The notes below the pieces were generated by a model. It did no database searches and was not told where the DNA came from. It saw only the letters and a list, made by a program, of their open reading frames with translations. From an uncultured Pseudomonadota bacterium (GTDB taxonomy: Bacteria; Pseudomonadota; Gammaproteobacteria; Burkholderiales; SG8-39): DNA of 64,000 bases. The DNA lies in the NCBI GenBank assembly GCA_963739205.1, contig CAVTZJ010000004.1, positions 398,614-462,613 of the forward strand, written 5' to 3'. Below are positions 29,260 to 38,634 of the stretch, piece after piece; within the stretch, counting starts at the first letter, position 1; every line of letters starts with the position of its first letter. The position numbers were made by a program, and so were the translations under genes.

Positions 29260-30765
29260 CTAGCCCGCGTACACCGGCCCGAGCGGGCGCAGCCGGATGC
29301 CTTTGCGCAGCTTGGTCCACTTGAATTCGGCCGGATCCGCGAGCGCGGGTCCGGGCGCCTTGACAATCAGGATCTCCTTCGCGATCGGCTGGAAGTCGGC
29401 GCGGAAGTGCACTGAACTCTTCAGCCCGAGGATCTTCTCCGCGCGCGGCTCGACGCCGAGGTGACGGAACATCTCCTGGTCGGCGGCCTGCACCTTCCTC
29501 GACGCGAGCGCGACGCGCACGCCCGGCGCGGCGCGGCTGCGCAGCAGCGCCATCGGCCCAAGCGTCATGCGGAACCCCTTGAACATCGGCCCGGTGCAAG
29601 TGAAGCGGCCGTCGCCCAGGCGCTCGACGGTGAACTCGCCAACGTACGGCGCGTCGCCCGCGATGCGCGAGCGCCCGCCGAGCGCGAAGGCGAGCGTCGC
29701 GCCCTGCCCCGCCTCGTGCGCGCGCGCCGCGGCCTCGCGATCGATGAGCAGTCCGAGCAGCGCGTCGCGCGCGTTCTGGCGCACCAGCGCGGCGAGCAAT
29801 CCCGTGGTGTCTCCGTTGCCGCCCGCGCCCGGGTTGTCCTGCGTGTCGGCGAGCACCATCGGCCGCCCCGGCTCGCCGCCCTCGCGCGCCAGGCGAACCG
29901 CCTCGTCCGGCGCGTACAGCTCCATGGCGAATTCCTTTTCAGCGCCGGCGACGGCCTCGCGCAGCCGCTCGACCGCGGCGCCGACCTCGCGCGCGTCGCC
30001 GCCGTAGCCGAACACGGACATGCCGCACTCCTCGAAGTCGGCCATCGGGAAGCCGGGCGTGAAGGAGAGCACCACGTCGTGCCGGTTCTCGAGCTCGCCC
30101 AGCTCGCGGTACAGCCCCTTGCAGGGGTCGATGAACGAGGATTGCGACGGCAGCCCGGTGAGAAAGTCGAGGCTGCGGCACGCCGAGGCGAGCCGAGAGC
30201 CCGACTTAAGCATGCGGTCGAGCAGGCGCGCGGCGCGCGCCCCGCTTTCGGCCATGTCGACGTGCGGATAGGTGCGGTAGGCGACCAGCGCGTCGGCGCG
30301 CTCGGTCATGGCGCGCGTCACGTTGGCGTGCAAGTCGAGGCTCGCCGAAATCGGCACCCTGGGCCCGACGACCTCGCGCACGCGGCGCAGGATCTCGCCT
30401 TCGCCGTCGTCGTGCTCCTCGGTGACCATGGCCCCGTGCAGGTCGAGGTACACGCCGTCCACCGGCAGCGCGGACTTGAGCTGCTCGACCAGGCCGCCGA
30501 GGATGCGCTCGAAGGCGTCGCGCGTGACCTGGGCCGAGGGACTCGCCGCCGCCCAGGCGGTCGCGACCAGCTGGTGGCCGAGCGCGCGCAGCGCCTGGAT
30601 CGCGCCCGCGGCCGGGATGTTTGCCCCCTCGACCGCCGCGAACAGCGGCTCGCCGTACTGCACCCCGGGCCAGCCGCCGCCCGCCTCGAAGGCCGCGTAG
30701 TCGGCCCTGGACGGCGCGAAGGTGTTCGTCTCGTGCTGGAAGCCGCCGACCGCGATGCGGGACAT
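29260..30765 (-). CDS. M81 family metallopeptidase (MlrC-like)
   Basis: MSRIAVGGFQHETNTF..., DGVYLDLHGAM and YRTYPHVD are MlrC N- and C-domain hallmarks. Confidence 0.8.
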   Translation of the reverse strand: MSRIAVGGFQHETNTFAPSRADYAAFEAGGGWPGVQYGEPLFAAVEGANIPAAGAIQALRALGHQLVATAWAAASPSAQVTRDAFERILGGLVEQLKSALPVDGVYLDLHGAMVTEEHDDGEGEILRRVREVVGPRVPISASLDLHANVTRAMTERADALVAYRTYPHVDMAESGARAARLLDRMLKSGSRLASACRSLDFLTGLPSQSSFIDPCKGLYRELGELENRHDVVLSFTPGFPMADFEECGMSVFGYGGDAREVGAAVERLREAVAGAEKEFAMELYAPDEAVRLAREGGEPGRPMVLADTQDNPGAGGNGDTTGLLAALVRQNARDALLGLLIDREAAARAHEAGQGATLAFALGGRSRIAGDAPYVGEFTVERLGDGRFTCTGPMFKGFRMTLGPMALLRSRAAPGVRVALASRKVQAADQEMFRHLGVEPRAEKILGLKSSVHFRADFQPIAKEILIVKAPGPALADPAEFKWTKLRKGIRLRPLGPVYAG

Positions 30766-30832
30766 GTCAGGTCCTTGCTGGAGCGAATTGCTTCAATTAT
30801 CGTTGCTGACGCCTCAATTCAGGGAGACAAAA

Positions 30833-32416
30833 ATGATTTCGTTTCGCAAGACCGCGGTCCTCGCTGCGGCGCTCGCCGCGCTCGGCGCTGCTGCCGGCGC
30901 GCCTGCCGCCGACAAGGTGCTGCGCGTGGTACCCCACTCCAACCTCGCGATCCTCGACCCGATCTGGACCACTGCGTACATCAGCCGCAATCACGGCTAC
31001 ATGATCTACGACACGCTGTTCGGCACCGACGCCGGCAGCCAAATCAAGCCGCAGATGGTCGATACCTGGCAGATGTCGAAGGACGGCAAGACCTGGACCT
31101 TCAAGCTGCGGAAGGGTCTCGCGTTCCACGACGGCGCGCCGGTGACGAGCGAGGACGTGGTCGCATCGCTCAAGCGCTGGGGCGCGCGCGACACGATGGG
31201 CCAGCAGCTGATGACCTTCGTCGAGGCGATGGAGACGCCCGCGCCCGATACCTTCGTCATGAAGCTCAAGGAGCCTTGCGGCTTCGTGCTCGAGGCGCTG
31301 GGCAAACCCTCGTCCAACGTGCCGTTCATCATGCCCAAGCGCGTGGCGGACACGCCGCCGAACAAGCAGATCGACGACTACACCGGCTCCGGACCCTACA
31401 TCTTCAAGAAGGACGAGTTCAAGCCCGGCGACAAGGCGGTGTACGTGAAGAACACCAAGTACGTGCCGCGCAGGGAGCCTGCCTCGGGCACCGCCGGCGG
31501 CAAGCACGTGTACGTCGACCGGGTGGAGCTGAACCTCGCGCTGCGCGATCCGCAGGCCCAGGTGAACGCGCTGGCGAAAGGCGAAGTCGACATCATCGAG
31601 CGACCGGCGTTCGAGAGCTACGCGCAGCTCAAGCAGACCAAGGGCGTCGAGATCGTCAACCGCGACCCGCTCGGCTTCCAGTACATGTGCCGCTTCAATG
31701 CGCTGTGGCCGCCGTTCGACAAGCCCGCCGTCCGGCGCGCCGCGCTCGCAGCCTTCAACCAGGAGGCCTTCCTCAAAGCGCAGGTCGGCGTGAAGGAGTA
31801 CTACCACAGCTGCCCGTCGATGTTCACCTGCAACACGCCTTATGCGAGCACCGCCGGCAGCGACATCATGGCCAAGTCGAACATGAAGAAGGCGCGTGAG
31901 CTGCTCAAGGCTTCCGGCTACGACGGCACGCCGGTGGTGCTGATGAAGCCGACCGATCTCGCTGCGATCCAGAAGCTGCCGGATGTCGCCGCTCAGCTCA
32001 TGCGCCAGGCGGGGTTCAAGGTCGACCTGCAGGCAATGGACTGGAACACGCTGGTGGGGCGCCGCGCCAAGAAGGATCCGCCGGCGCAGGGCGGCTGGAA
32101 CATGTTCTGCACCGCATGGGTCGCGCCCGACATCTGGAGCCCACTGAACAACGCGGCGCTCGACGCCAAGGGCGAGAAGGCCTCCTGGTTCGGCTGGCCG
32201 AACGATCCGAAGATCGAGGAGCTTAAGGCGCAGTTCGCGCGCGAGCTCGATCTGAACAAGCGCAAGAAGCTCGCCGCCGAAATTCAGGCCGAGGCCTTCG
32301 CCTACGGCACGCACGCTCCGCTCGGGGAATACATCAACCCGGTCGCGGTGCGCAAGGGCGTCAGCGGACTGGTCCAGGGACCGGGCGACTTCTACTGGAA
32401 CGTCAAGAAGGACTGA
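30833..32416 (+). CDS. ABC transporter substrate-binding protein, family 5, paralogue 2
   Basis: Signal peptide MISFRKTAVLAAALAALGAAAGAPAA, with an RBS AGGGAGA at 30821-30827. Long collinear identity with 27714-29252 (for example HGYMIYDTLFGTDA..PQMVDTW...WTF.LRKGLAF.DG.PVTS.DV.ASL.RW). Confidence 0.85.
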   Translation: MISFRKTAVLAAALAALGAAAGAPAADKVLRVVPHSNLAILDPIWTTAYISRNHGYMIYDTLFGTDAGSQIKPQMVDTWQMSKDGKTWTFKLRKGLAFHDGAPVTSEDVVASLKRWGARDTMGQQLMTFVEAMETPAPDTFVMKLKEPCGFVLEALGKPSSNVPFIMPKRVADTPPNKQIDDYTGSGPYIFKKDEFKPGDKAVYVKNTKYVPRREPASGTAGGKHVYVDRVELNLALRDPQAQVNALAKGEVDIIERPAFESYAQLKQTKGVEIVNRDPLGFQYMCRFNALWPPFDKPAVRRAALAAFNQEAFLKAQVGVKEYYHSCPSMFTCNTPYASTAGSDIMAKSNMKKARELLKASGYDGTPVVLMKPTDLAAIQKLPDVAAQLMRQAGFKVDLQAMDWNTLVGRRAKKDPPAQGGWNMFCTAWVAPDIWSPLNNAALDAKGEKASWFGWPNDPKIEELKAQFARELDLNKRKKLAAEIQAEAFAYGTHAPLGEYINPVAVRKGVSGLVQGPGDFYWNVKKD

Positions 32417-32479
32417 GCGGCTGCGCTACCATGACGGCTCCGGGCAGCGCGCCCGGAGCCGTCTTTTTTTGGACCCTGC

Positions 32480-33421
32480 GTGTACCCATTCATCGCCCGA
32501 CGGCTGCTCGCGACAATCCCGGTGCTGGTGATCGTCGCCGTGCTGGTGTTCCTGCTGCTCAGGCTGACGCCGGGCGACCCGGCGGCGATCCTCGCCGGCG
32601 ACGCCGCGAGCCGCGACCAGATCGCCCAGATCCGCGTCAGCCTCGGCCTGGACAAGCCGATCGTCTTTCAGTTCGGCATCTGGGTGTCGCACCTGCTGCA
32701 TGGCGACCTCGGCGAGTCGTTCTACTTCAAGATCAAGGTCGCCGACCTGATCGTGCAGCGCCTCGAGCCGACGCTCGCGCTCGCGACGCTCACTATCCTC
32801 GTCGCGGTGCTGGTGGCAGTGCCGCTCGGGACGCTCGCCGCCTGGCGCTTCGGCGGCTGGCTCGACCGCGCGCTGATGGGTTTCTCGGTGCTCGGATTTT
32901 CGATCCCGGTATTCGTGCTCGCCTACCTCCTCATATGGCTCGTTTCGCTCAAGCTCGGCTGGCTGCCGGTGCAGGGCTACCGGCGCGTCGCGGACGGCTT
33001 CTGGCCGTTCCTGCGCCACCTGATCCTGCCTTCGCTCACGCTGTCGGTGATCTATATCGCACTGATCGCGCGGGTCACGCGCGCTGCGGTGGTCGAAGCC
33101 CTGGGCGAGGACTACATCCGCACCGCGCGCGCCAAGGGGCTGCCCGAGGCGCGCGTGCTCGTCGCGCACGCGCTCGCCAACGCGGCGGTGCCCATTGTCA
33201 CGGTGATCGGCATCGGTGTCGCGCTGCTGATCGGCGGCGTAGTGGTCACCGAGTCCGTGTACGCCATCCCCGGCCTCGGCCGCCTCACGGTGGACGCGGT
33301 GCTGGCGCGCGACTTTCCCACCATCCAGGGCGTAATCCTGTTCTTCTCGCTCGTCTACGTCGTAGTCAACCTGCTGGTGGACCTGTCCTACGTGATCCTC
33401 GACCCGCGCATCCGCTACTGA
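32480..33421 (+). CDS. ABC transporter permease (DppB/OppB-like)
   Basis: MYPFIARRLLATIPVLVIVAVLVFLLLRLTPGDP is the canonical N-terminus of this family. Confidence 0.9.
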   Translation: MYPFIARRLLATIPVLVIVAVLVFLLLRLTPGDPAAILAGDAASRDQIAQIRVSLGLDKPIVFQFGIWVSHLLHGDLGESFYFKIKVADLIVQRLEPTLALATLTILVAVLVAVPLGTLAAWRFGGWLDRALMGFSVLGFSIPVFVLAYLLIWLVSLKLGWLPVQGYRRVADGFWPFLRHLILPSLTLSVIYIALIARVTRAAVVEALGEDYIRTARAKGLPEARVLVAHALANAAVPIVTVIGIGVALLIGGVVVTESVYAIPGLGRLTVDAVLARDFPTIQGVILFFSLVYVVVNLLVDLSYVILDPRIRY

Positions 33422-34341
33422 TGGACGCAGACGCTCTCTCCGCCGAAGCCGCCGACGTGCGCCATCACGAGTCGGCCTGGCGGCGACTGCGGCGCAACTG
33501 GTCGGTGCGCCTCGGCGGCGCGGTGCTTGCATTTCTGGTGGCAACGGCGCTCGCCGCGCCCTGGCTCGGCACCGTCGACCCGACGCTGTTCGACGCCGAC
33601 AGCCGCGACCTCGTCCCGGGCAGCATGGGCCAGATCACGACGCTCGAGGGGGACACGATCCCGCACCGCTTCATCATGGGCTCCGACTCTTTCGGGCGCG
33701 ACATTTACAGCCGCGTGATCTACGGCACGCGCGTGTCGCTCTCGGTCGGCCTGCTGGCCGCGCTGCTCGCGCTCGCCTTCGGCGTGCTCGCCGGCCTCGC
33801 CGCCGGCTACCTGCGCTGGCTCGACGGCGTGCTGATGCGCTTCATGGACGGGCTGATGGCGATCCCCGCGATCCTGATCGCGATCGCGCTGGTGGCGCTG
33901 TGGCGCGCGAGCCTCCCCACCGTGATCGTGGCCATCGCCATCCCCGAGATTCCGCGCGTCACGCGCCTGGTGAGGTCGCTCGTGCTGTCGATTCGCGAGG
34001 AGCCCTACGTCGAGGCCGCGGTGTCGCTGGGCACGCCGAGCTGGAAGATCATGTTCAAGCACATCCTTCCCAACACCATGGCGCCGATCATCGTGCAGGG
34101 CACCTACGTCTGCGCGTCCGCGATCCTGCTCGAGGCGATCCTCTCCTTCCTCGGCGTGGGGCTGCCGCCGGACATCCCGACCTGGGGCAACATCATGGCC
34201 GAAGGGCGCGTGCAGTTCGTCGAGTTCCCACACAACGTGTTCTTTCCCGGGCTGTTCCTCGCGGTCACCGTGCTCGCCGTCAACATCCTCGGCGACGGGC
34301 TGCGCGACACGCTCGACCCGAAGATGGCGAGGCGCCTGTGA
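33421..34341 (+). CDS. ABC transporter permease (DppC/OppC-like)
   Basis: GTDSFGRD-like motif ([17 protein letters not shown]) and an EAA-loop region. The start overlaps the upstream stop. Confidence 0.9.
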   Translation: MDADALSAEAADVRHHESAWRRLRRNWSVRLGGAVLAFLVATALAAPWLGTVDPTLFDADSRDLVPGSMGQITTLEGDTIPHRFIMGSDSFGRDIYSRVIYGTRVSLSVGLLAALLALAFGVLAGLAAGYLRWLDGVLMRFMDGLMAIPAILIAIALVALWRASLPTVIVAIAIPEIPRVTRLVRSLVLSIREEPYVEAAVSLGTPSWKIMFKHILPNTMAPIIVQGTYVCASAILLEAILSFLGVGLPPDIPTWGNIMAEGRVQFVEFPHNVFFPGLFLAVTVLAVNILGDGLRDTLDPKMARRL

Positions 34342-35948
34342 GCGCGGTGCTCGAGGTGCGCGGCCTGTCGGTGGCGCTGCCCGCCGGCGCCGACCGCCGG
34401 CGCGCGGTCGACGGCGTGTCCTTCACCGTCGAGCGCGGCGAAATCCTGTGCCTGGTGGGCGAGTCCGGCTCGGGCAAGTCGGTGATCGCGCAGTCGGTCC
34501 TCGCACTGCTGCCGCAGGCGCTGCCGCGCACCGGGGGCAGCATCCTGCTGGAGGGCGAGGACCTGACGCGCGCGCGCCCGGAGCGCCTGCGCGCGCTGCG
34601 CGCAGCGCGCATGTCGATGGTCTTCCAGGAGCCGATGACCGCGCTCAATCCGGTCATGACCTGCGGCCGTCAGATCGACGAGGTGCTGCGCGAGCATACA
34701 GGTCTTTCCGCCGCCGAGCGCCGCGCGAAGGTCCTGGACATCGTGCGCGAGGTGGCGCTGCCCGATCCAGAGCGCATCGTCGCTTCCTATCCGCACCAGC
34801 TCTCGGGCGGCCAGCGCCAGAGGATCGTGATCGCGATGGCGCTGGTGCTCGAGCCGGCGCTGCTGATCGCCGACGAGCCGACTACCGCGCTCGACGTGAC
34901 CACCCAGGCGCAGATCCTGCGCCTCATCCAGGAGCTGCAGGCGCGCCACGGCACCGGGGTGCTGTTCATCACGCACGACTTCGGCGTGGTGGCGGACATC
35001 GCGCACCGCGTCGCGGTGCTGCGCCTTGGCGAGATGGTCGAGCTGGGCCCGAAGAGCGAAGTGCTCAAGCGTCCGCGGCATTTCTATACGCGCATGCTGA
35101 TCGACGCGGTGCCCAGGCTCGAGCCGCACGCGCGGCCGGTCGACGCCGCGAAGCCCGTGGTGCTCGCGACGCGTGAGCTCTCGAAGGTCTACGCAGGGCG
35201 CGGCTGGTTCGCGAAGCGCCGCGAGGTGCACGCCGCGCACGGCGTGACGCTCGAGATCCGGCGCGGCCAGACGCTCGGCATCGTCGGTGAATCCGGCTCC
35301 GGCAAGTCGACGGTGGCGCGCTGCATCGTGCGGCTGATCGATCCGAGCGGCGGCCGGATCGAGCTCGGCGGCGAGGAGATCGCCTCGCTTTCGCACGCCG
35401 CGCTGCGGCCGTTGCGGCGCAAGGTGCAGATCGTGTTCCAGGACCCGTACCGCTCGCTCAACCCGCGGCGCACGGTGGGCGAGGCGATCATGGAGGGACC
35501 GCTCAACTACGGCGTGCCGCGTACCGAGGCGCGCAAGCGCGCCGAGCGGCTGATGGAGCTGGTGCGCATGGATCCCGGCGTGCTCAACCGCTACCCCCAC
35601 CAGTTTTCCGGCGGGCAGCGCCAGCGCATCTGCGTCGCGCGCGCGCTCGCGATGGAGCCCGAACTGCTGATCGCCGACGAGGCCGTGTCCGCGCTCGACG
35701 TCTCCGTGCAAGCTCAGGTGCTCGCGCTGCTCGAGGAGATCCGCGCACGGCTCGACCTGGCGATGCTGTTCATCACCCACGACCTGCGCGTCGCCGCGCA
35801 GGTGTGCGACTACGTCGCCGTGATGTCGCAGGGGCGCATCGTCGAGCAGGGCCCGGCGGCGCAGGTGTTCCGCGCCCCGCAGCACGAGTACACGCGCGCT
35901 CTGTTCGCCGCCGCGCCTGGGCGCGACTTCGCCTTCGGTGCGGCCTGA
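34338..35948 (+). CDS. Fused double ATPase of the peptide ABC transporter (DppD-DppF fusion)
   Basis: Two Walker A sites (GESGSGKS twice), two LSGGQRQR signatures and two Walker B sites. GTG start in a GTGA overlap. Confidence 0.9.
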   Translation: MSAVLEVRGLSVALPAGADRRRAVDGVSFTVERGEILCLVGESGSGKSVIAQSVLALLPQALPRTGGSILLEGEDLTRARPERLRALRAARMSMVFQEPMTALNPVMTCGRQIDEVLREHTGLSAAERRAKVLDIVREVALPDPERIVASYPHQLSGGQRQRIVIAMALVLEPALLIADEPTTALDVTTQAQILRLIQELQARHGTGVLFITHDFGVVADIAHRVAVLRLGEMVELGPKSEVLKRPRHFYTRMLIDAVPRLEPHARPVDAAKPVVLATRELSKVYAGRGWFAKRREVHAAHGVTLEIRRGQTLGIVGESGSGKSTVARCIVRLIDPSGGRIELGGEEIASLSHAALRPLRRKVQIVFQDPYRSLNPRRTVGEAIMEGPLNYGVPRTEARKRAERLMELVRMDPGVLNRYPHQFSGGQRQRICVARALAMEPELLIADEAVSALDVSVQAQVLALLEEIRARLDLAMLFITHDLRVAAQVCDYVAVMSQGRIVEQGPAAQVFRAPQHEYTRALFAAAPGRDFAFGAA

Positions 35949-35994
35949 GCTTAGGCGGCGGCCGGCGCGCAGCTCTATATATATACTTGCGCGC

Positions 35995-36957
35995 ATGCGC
36001 TCGCCGTCGATCGATCTGCTCCGCGCGTTGAGCGCGCGCGGTCCCCAGACGCGCACCGCGCTCGCCGCGAGCTGTCGACTGCGCAAGGCCGACCTCGAGC
36101 GCTGCTTCGCGCGCCTTGGCGGAAACGGCTTCGTCGCGGCGGACGGCGAGCTGATGCGGCTCACCGCACCGTTCGATTTTCTGGACGCCGGGCGCATCGC
36201 CGCCGGCCTCGGTGCTCGGGCGTTGCGGGTGCGGGTCGACGTGCTCGATGCCTGCCCCTCGACCAGCACGGCGCTCATGCGCGAGAGCGCGGCGCCGCTC
36301 GTGCGGCTGCTGCTCACCGAGGAGCAGATGCAGGGCCGCGGGCGGCGCGGCAGGCGCTGGCTCTCCTGCGTCGGCGCAGGGATCGCGATGTCGCTGCGCT
36401 GCGCTTTCTCGCGCAGCGTGCGCGAGCTCGCGGCGCTCCCGCTCGCGGCGGGCGTGGCCGCGGCGCGGGCGCTGCGCTCGCTCGGCGCCGCCGACGCGGG
36501 TCTCAAGTGGCCGAACGACCTGCTGGTGCGCGGCGCCAAGCTCGGCGGCATCCTTACCGAGACGCGCGCGCAGGACGGACGCGTGCTGGCGGTCGTCGGC
36601 ATCGGCCTCAACTGCCGCTCTACGCCGGCGCTCGAAGGGCGCCTCGGGCACCGCGTGGCCGCACTGGAGGAATTCGTCGCACCCTGCCCCTCGCGCAATG
36701 AGGTGGCCGCGCGTGTCGCGGGCGAGTTGCTCGACGCGATGGACGCCTTCGACGCGGAGGGTCTGGCGGGCTTCAAGGACGAATGGGAGGCGCTGCACGC
36801 GCACGCTGGCCAGCGTCTGCGGGTGCGGCTCTCCGACGGACGCGTGCTGGCCGGCATCGCCGACGGCCTCGCCGAGGACGGCGGCCTGCGGCTGCGCACC
36901 CGCAACGGAGTGCGCGCAATCAGAAGCGGACGCGTTGTGTCCGCTAGGGTCGCATGA
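35995..36957 (+). CDS. birA: Biotin-[acetyl-CoA-carboxylase] ligase / biotin operon repressor
   Basis: N-terminal wHTH, GRGRRGRRW (the GRGRxGRxW motif) and KWPNDLL. Preceded by a (TA)5 tract at 35976-35985. Confidence 0.85.
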   Translation: MRSPSIDLLRALSARGPQTRTALAASCRLRKADLERCFARLGGNGFVAADGELMRLTAPFDFLDAGRIAAGLGARALRVRVDVLDACPSTSTALMRESAAPLVRLLLTEEQMQGRGRRGRRWLSCVGAGIAMSLRCAFSRSVRELAALPLAAGVAAARALRSLGAADAGLKWPNDLLVRGAKLGGILTETRAQDGRVLAVVGIGLNCRSTPALEGRLGHRVAALEEFVAPCPSRNEVAARVAGELLDAMDAFDAEGLAGFKDEWEALHAHAGQRLRVRLSDGRVLAGIADGLAEDGGLRLRTRNGVRAIRSGRVVSARVA

Positions 36958-37703
36958 TTCTCGCCATAGACGCCGGCAACTCGCGCGTGAAGTGGGGCTG
37001 GTACGACGGCAGGCAATGGCTCAACCTCACTACGGTGTCGCTGATCGAGTTCGCCGCCGCGAGCCACGACATCAATCCGTTCGCCGCGACGCACGAGGAT
37101 CCGGAGCGCATCGTGATCTCCAATGTCGCGGGCGACGGCGCCCACCAGCTATTGGTGAACTGGACCAGCATCTTCGAAGCCGAACCGCTATGGCTTTCGG
37201 GTGAAGCTGAGCGCTGCGGCGTCAGGAGCCGCTACGAGCGCCCGGAGAAGCTCGGCTCGGACCGTTGGGCAGCACTCGTCGCGGCGCGCGCAATCGAGCG
37301 CCGCCCCTGCCTGGTGGTGAGCGCGGGCACCACCACGACCGCGGACATGCTCTCGTCGGAGGGCGAGTTCCTCGGCGGCGTCATCCTGCCGGGGGTCGAG
37401 CTGATGCGCTTCGTGCTGCACGAGCACACGGGCCGCCTGCCGCTGCAGGAGGGGCGCTTCAGCGCGATGCCGCGCAACACGGTCGACGCAATCGAGACCG
37501 GCTGCCGCCACGCGCAGGCCGGTGCGGTCGAGCGCATGTACCGCACCATGGGCGGAGCCCCGGCCTGTCTCGTGAGCGGTGGCGCGGGCCAGTCGCTCAT
37601 GGAGCAGCTCGACATTTCATGCCGCTACGTCGAGAACCTAGTGCTGGACGGCCTAGCGCGCATCGCGCTGAGCGAGCCGCGTGCGCGCTTCGGGGCAAAA
37701 TAG
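36954..37703 (+). CDS. coaX: Type III pantothenate kinase
   Basis: MILAIDAGNSRVKWG...DRW...GTTTT-like and NLVLDGL motifs. ATGA overlap with birA. Confidence 0.9.
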   Translation: MILAIDAGNSRVKWGWYDGRQWLNLTTVSLIEFAAASHDINPFAATHEDPERIVISNVAGDGAHQLLVNWTSIFEAEPLWLSGEAERCGVRSRYERPEKLGSDRWAALVAARAIERRPCLVVSAGTTTTADMLSSEGEFLGGVILPGVELMRFVLHEHTGRLPLQEGRFSAMPRNTVDAIETGCRHAQAGAVERMYRTMGGAPACLVSGGAGQSLMEQLDISCRYVENLVLDGLARIALSEPRARFGAK

Positions 37704-37707
37704 CGGC

Positions 37708-37881
37708 ATGCGCACGGTATTCCTCTTACTACTTCTCGCCAATCTCGCGTTCTTCGCCTGGGCGAGGTACTTGGCACCGCACGATCCGAATGCCGATCCG
37801 CGCCCTCTGACGCGCCAGATCGCACCCGAGCGGCTGCCCGTGCTGCCGCCGTCCAGCGGCGGCGCCGCCCCCCACAGTTAG
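37708..37881 (+). CDS. Small membrane-anchored protein resembling only the N-terminus of the SPOR-domain proteins encoded after coaX
   Basis: 57 aa. MRTVFLLLLLANLAFFAWARYL is a TM anchor, followed by a Pro-rich linker and then a stop. It overlaps the convergent response-regulator stop by 4 nt. There is no SPOR domain. Confidence 0.4.
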   Translation: MRTVFLLLLLANLAFFAWARYLAPHDPNADPRPLTRQIAPERLPVLPPSSGGAAPHS

Positions 37882-38258
37882 CCGATCGGCAGCGTGCCGT
37901 TCGGCACGTGTTGCGCGACCAGCGCGAGCAGGCGGTCGGCGCGCACCGGCTTGGTCATGTAGCCGACCGCGCCCAGCTCGCGGCCGCGATGCTCGGCGTC
38001 CTCGACCGACGTGAGGAAGATCACCGGAATGTAGGGCAGCGATTCGTCGGCCTTGAGCGCGGCGACGAACTCGAAGCCGTCCATGTACGGCATCAGGATG
38101 TCGCAGATGATCAGATCCGGGGGACCCGCAAGCACGGAGTACCCCGCTTCGATCGCATCCTGGGCAAGGCGCACTTCGTAGCCGGCCGACGTCAGGTGCA
38201 GCCGCAGCAGCTCGAGGAGGCTCTCGTCGTCGTCTACCACCAGTATGCTGGCAGCCAT
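37878..38258 (-). CDS. Stand-alone receiver-domain response regulator (CheY-like)
   Basis: MAASILVVDDDESLLELL...DLIICDILMPYMDGFEF...GYMTKP, with acidic pocket, phospho-Asp and conserved Lys candidates all present. The ATG at 38258 is preferred over the TTG at 38291, which lies only 2 nt from the tRNA fragment. Confidence 0.85.
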   Translation of the reverse strand: MAASILVVDDDESLLELLRLHLTSAGYEVRLAQDAIEAGYSVLAGPPDLIICDILMPYMDGFEFVAALKADESLPYIPVIFLTSVEDAEHRGRELGAVGYMTKPVRADRLLALVAQHVPNGTLPIG

Positions 38259-38293
38259 CGCTTCATGCTCGAACGTGCGAGCCCCGGACAATT

Positions 38294-38339
38294 TGGTGCT
38301 GGCGCGCGGATTCGAACCGCGAACCTACTTATTACGAAT
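38294..38339 (-). other. Orphan 3' fragment of a tRNA-Thr(CGU)-like gene (anticodon loop to CCA); candidate distal att site
   Basis: The reverse complement reads AATTCGTAATAAGTAGGTTCGCGGTTCGAATCCGCGCGCCAGCACCA. It has an anticodon loop, variable loop, T-arm and acceptor 3' strand with CCA, but no 5' half. It shares ATTCGTAAT and the terminal CCAGCACCA with the intact tRNA 1.9 kb away. Confidence 0.7.
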
Positions 38340-38441
38340 TGGCAACGACGGACTTTGCAGGTGTTTGCGTGTGCTGGCAAGAGGCGCGCAGCCCCGCGTT
38401 TCTTCGCCCGATCAGGCCAGCCACCACTCGATGTCCCTTGC

Positions 38442-38524
38442 GCGAAGTTGAAGCGTCGCATCGAAACGGGCCATGTGTGCGACAGCGCTCAAGCTTGAGC
38501 GCTGCGCGCACACTTCAACTTCGC
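38442..38524. repeat. Nested long inverted repeat / hairpin with a 20-nt perfect palindrome core
   Basis: The outer arms GCGAAGTTGAAG (38442-38453) and CTTCAACTTCGC (38513-38524) are a 12/12 match. The middle arms are GTGTGCG (38475-38481) and CGCACAC (38507-38513). The core AGCGCTCAAGCTTGAGCGCT (38484-38503) is perfectly palindromic. Confidence 0.8.
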
Positions 38525-38634
38525 ATGCCTCCCATCAGGGCGCCGAAGGCCCGGCGCCGATCTATGGTCCTCAGGTCAGCCCTGCGAATCGTCTAGACGC
38601 CTCACAGCTACTACGACTACGGCGGCCGGCCGGA

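Noticed and set aside
34104-37145. A 1013-aa antisense ORF. Similar long ORFs occur at 46909-49515 (-), 52604-55816 (+), 29461-31899 (+), 14257-15297 (-) and elsewhere.
   Set aside because: All lie opposite or out of frame to genes with strong family signatures. Their translations are Arg/Ala/Gly/Pro-rich with no recognisable motifs. They are the expected shadow ORFs in ~70% GC DNA.
38259-38291. The extended TTG start for the response regulator given by the ORF track.
   Set aside because: The extension has no RBS and ends 2 nt from the tRNA fragment, and the receiver domain begins right after the internal ATG at 38258.
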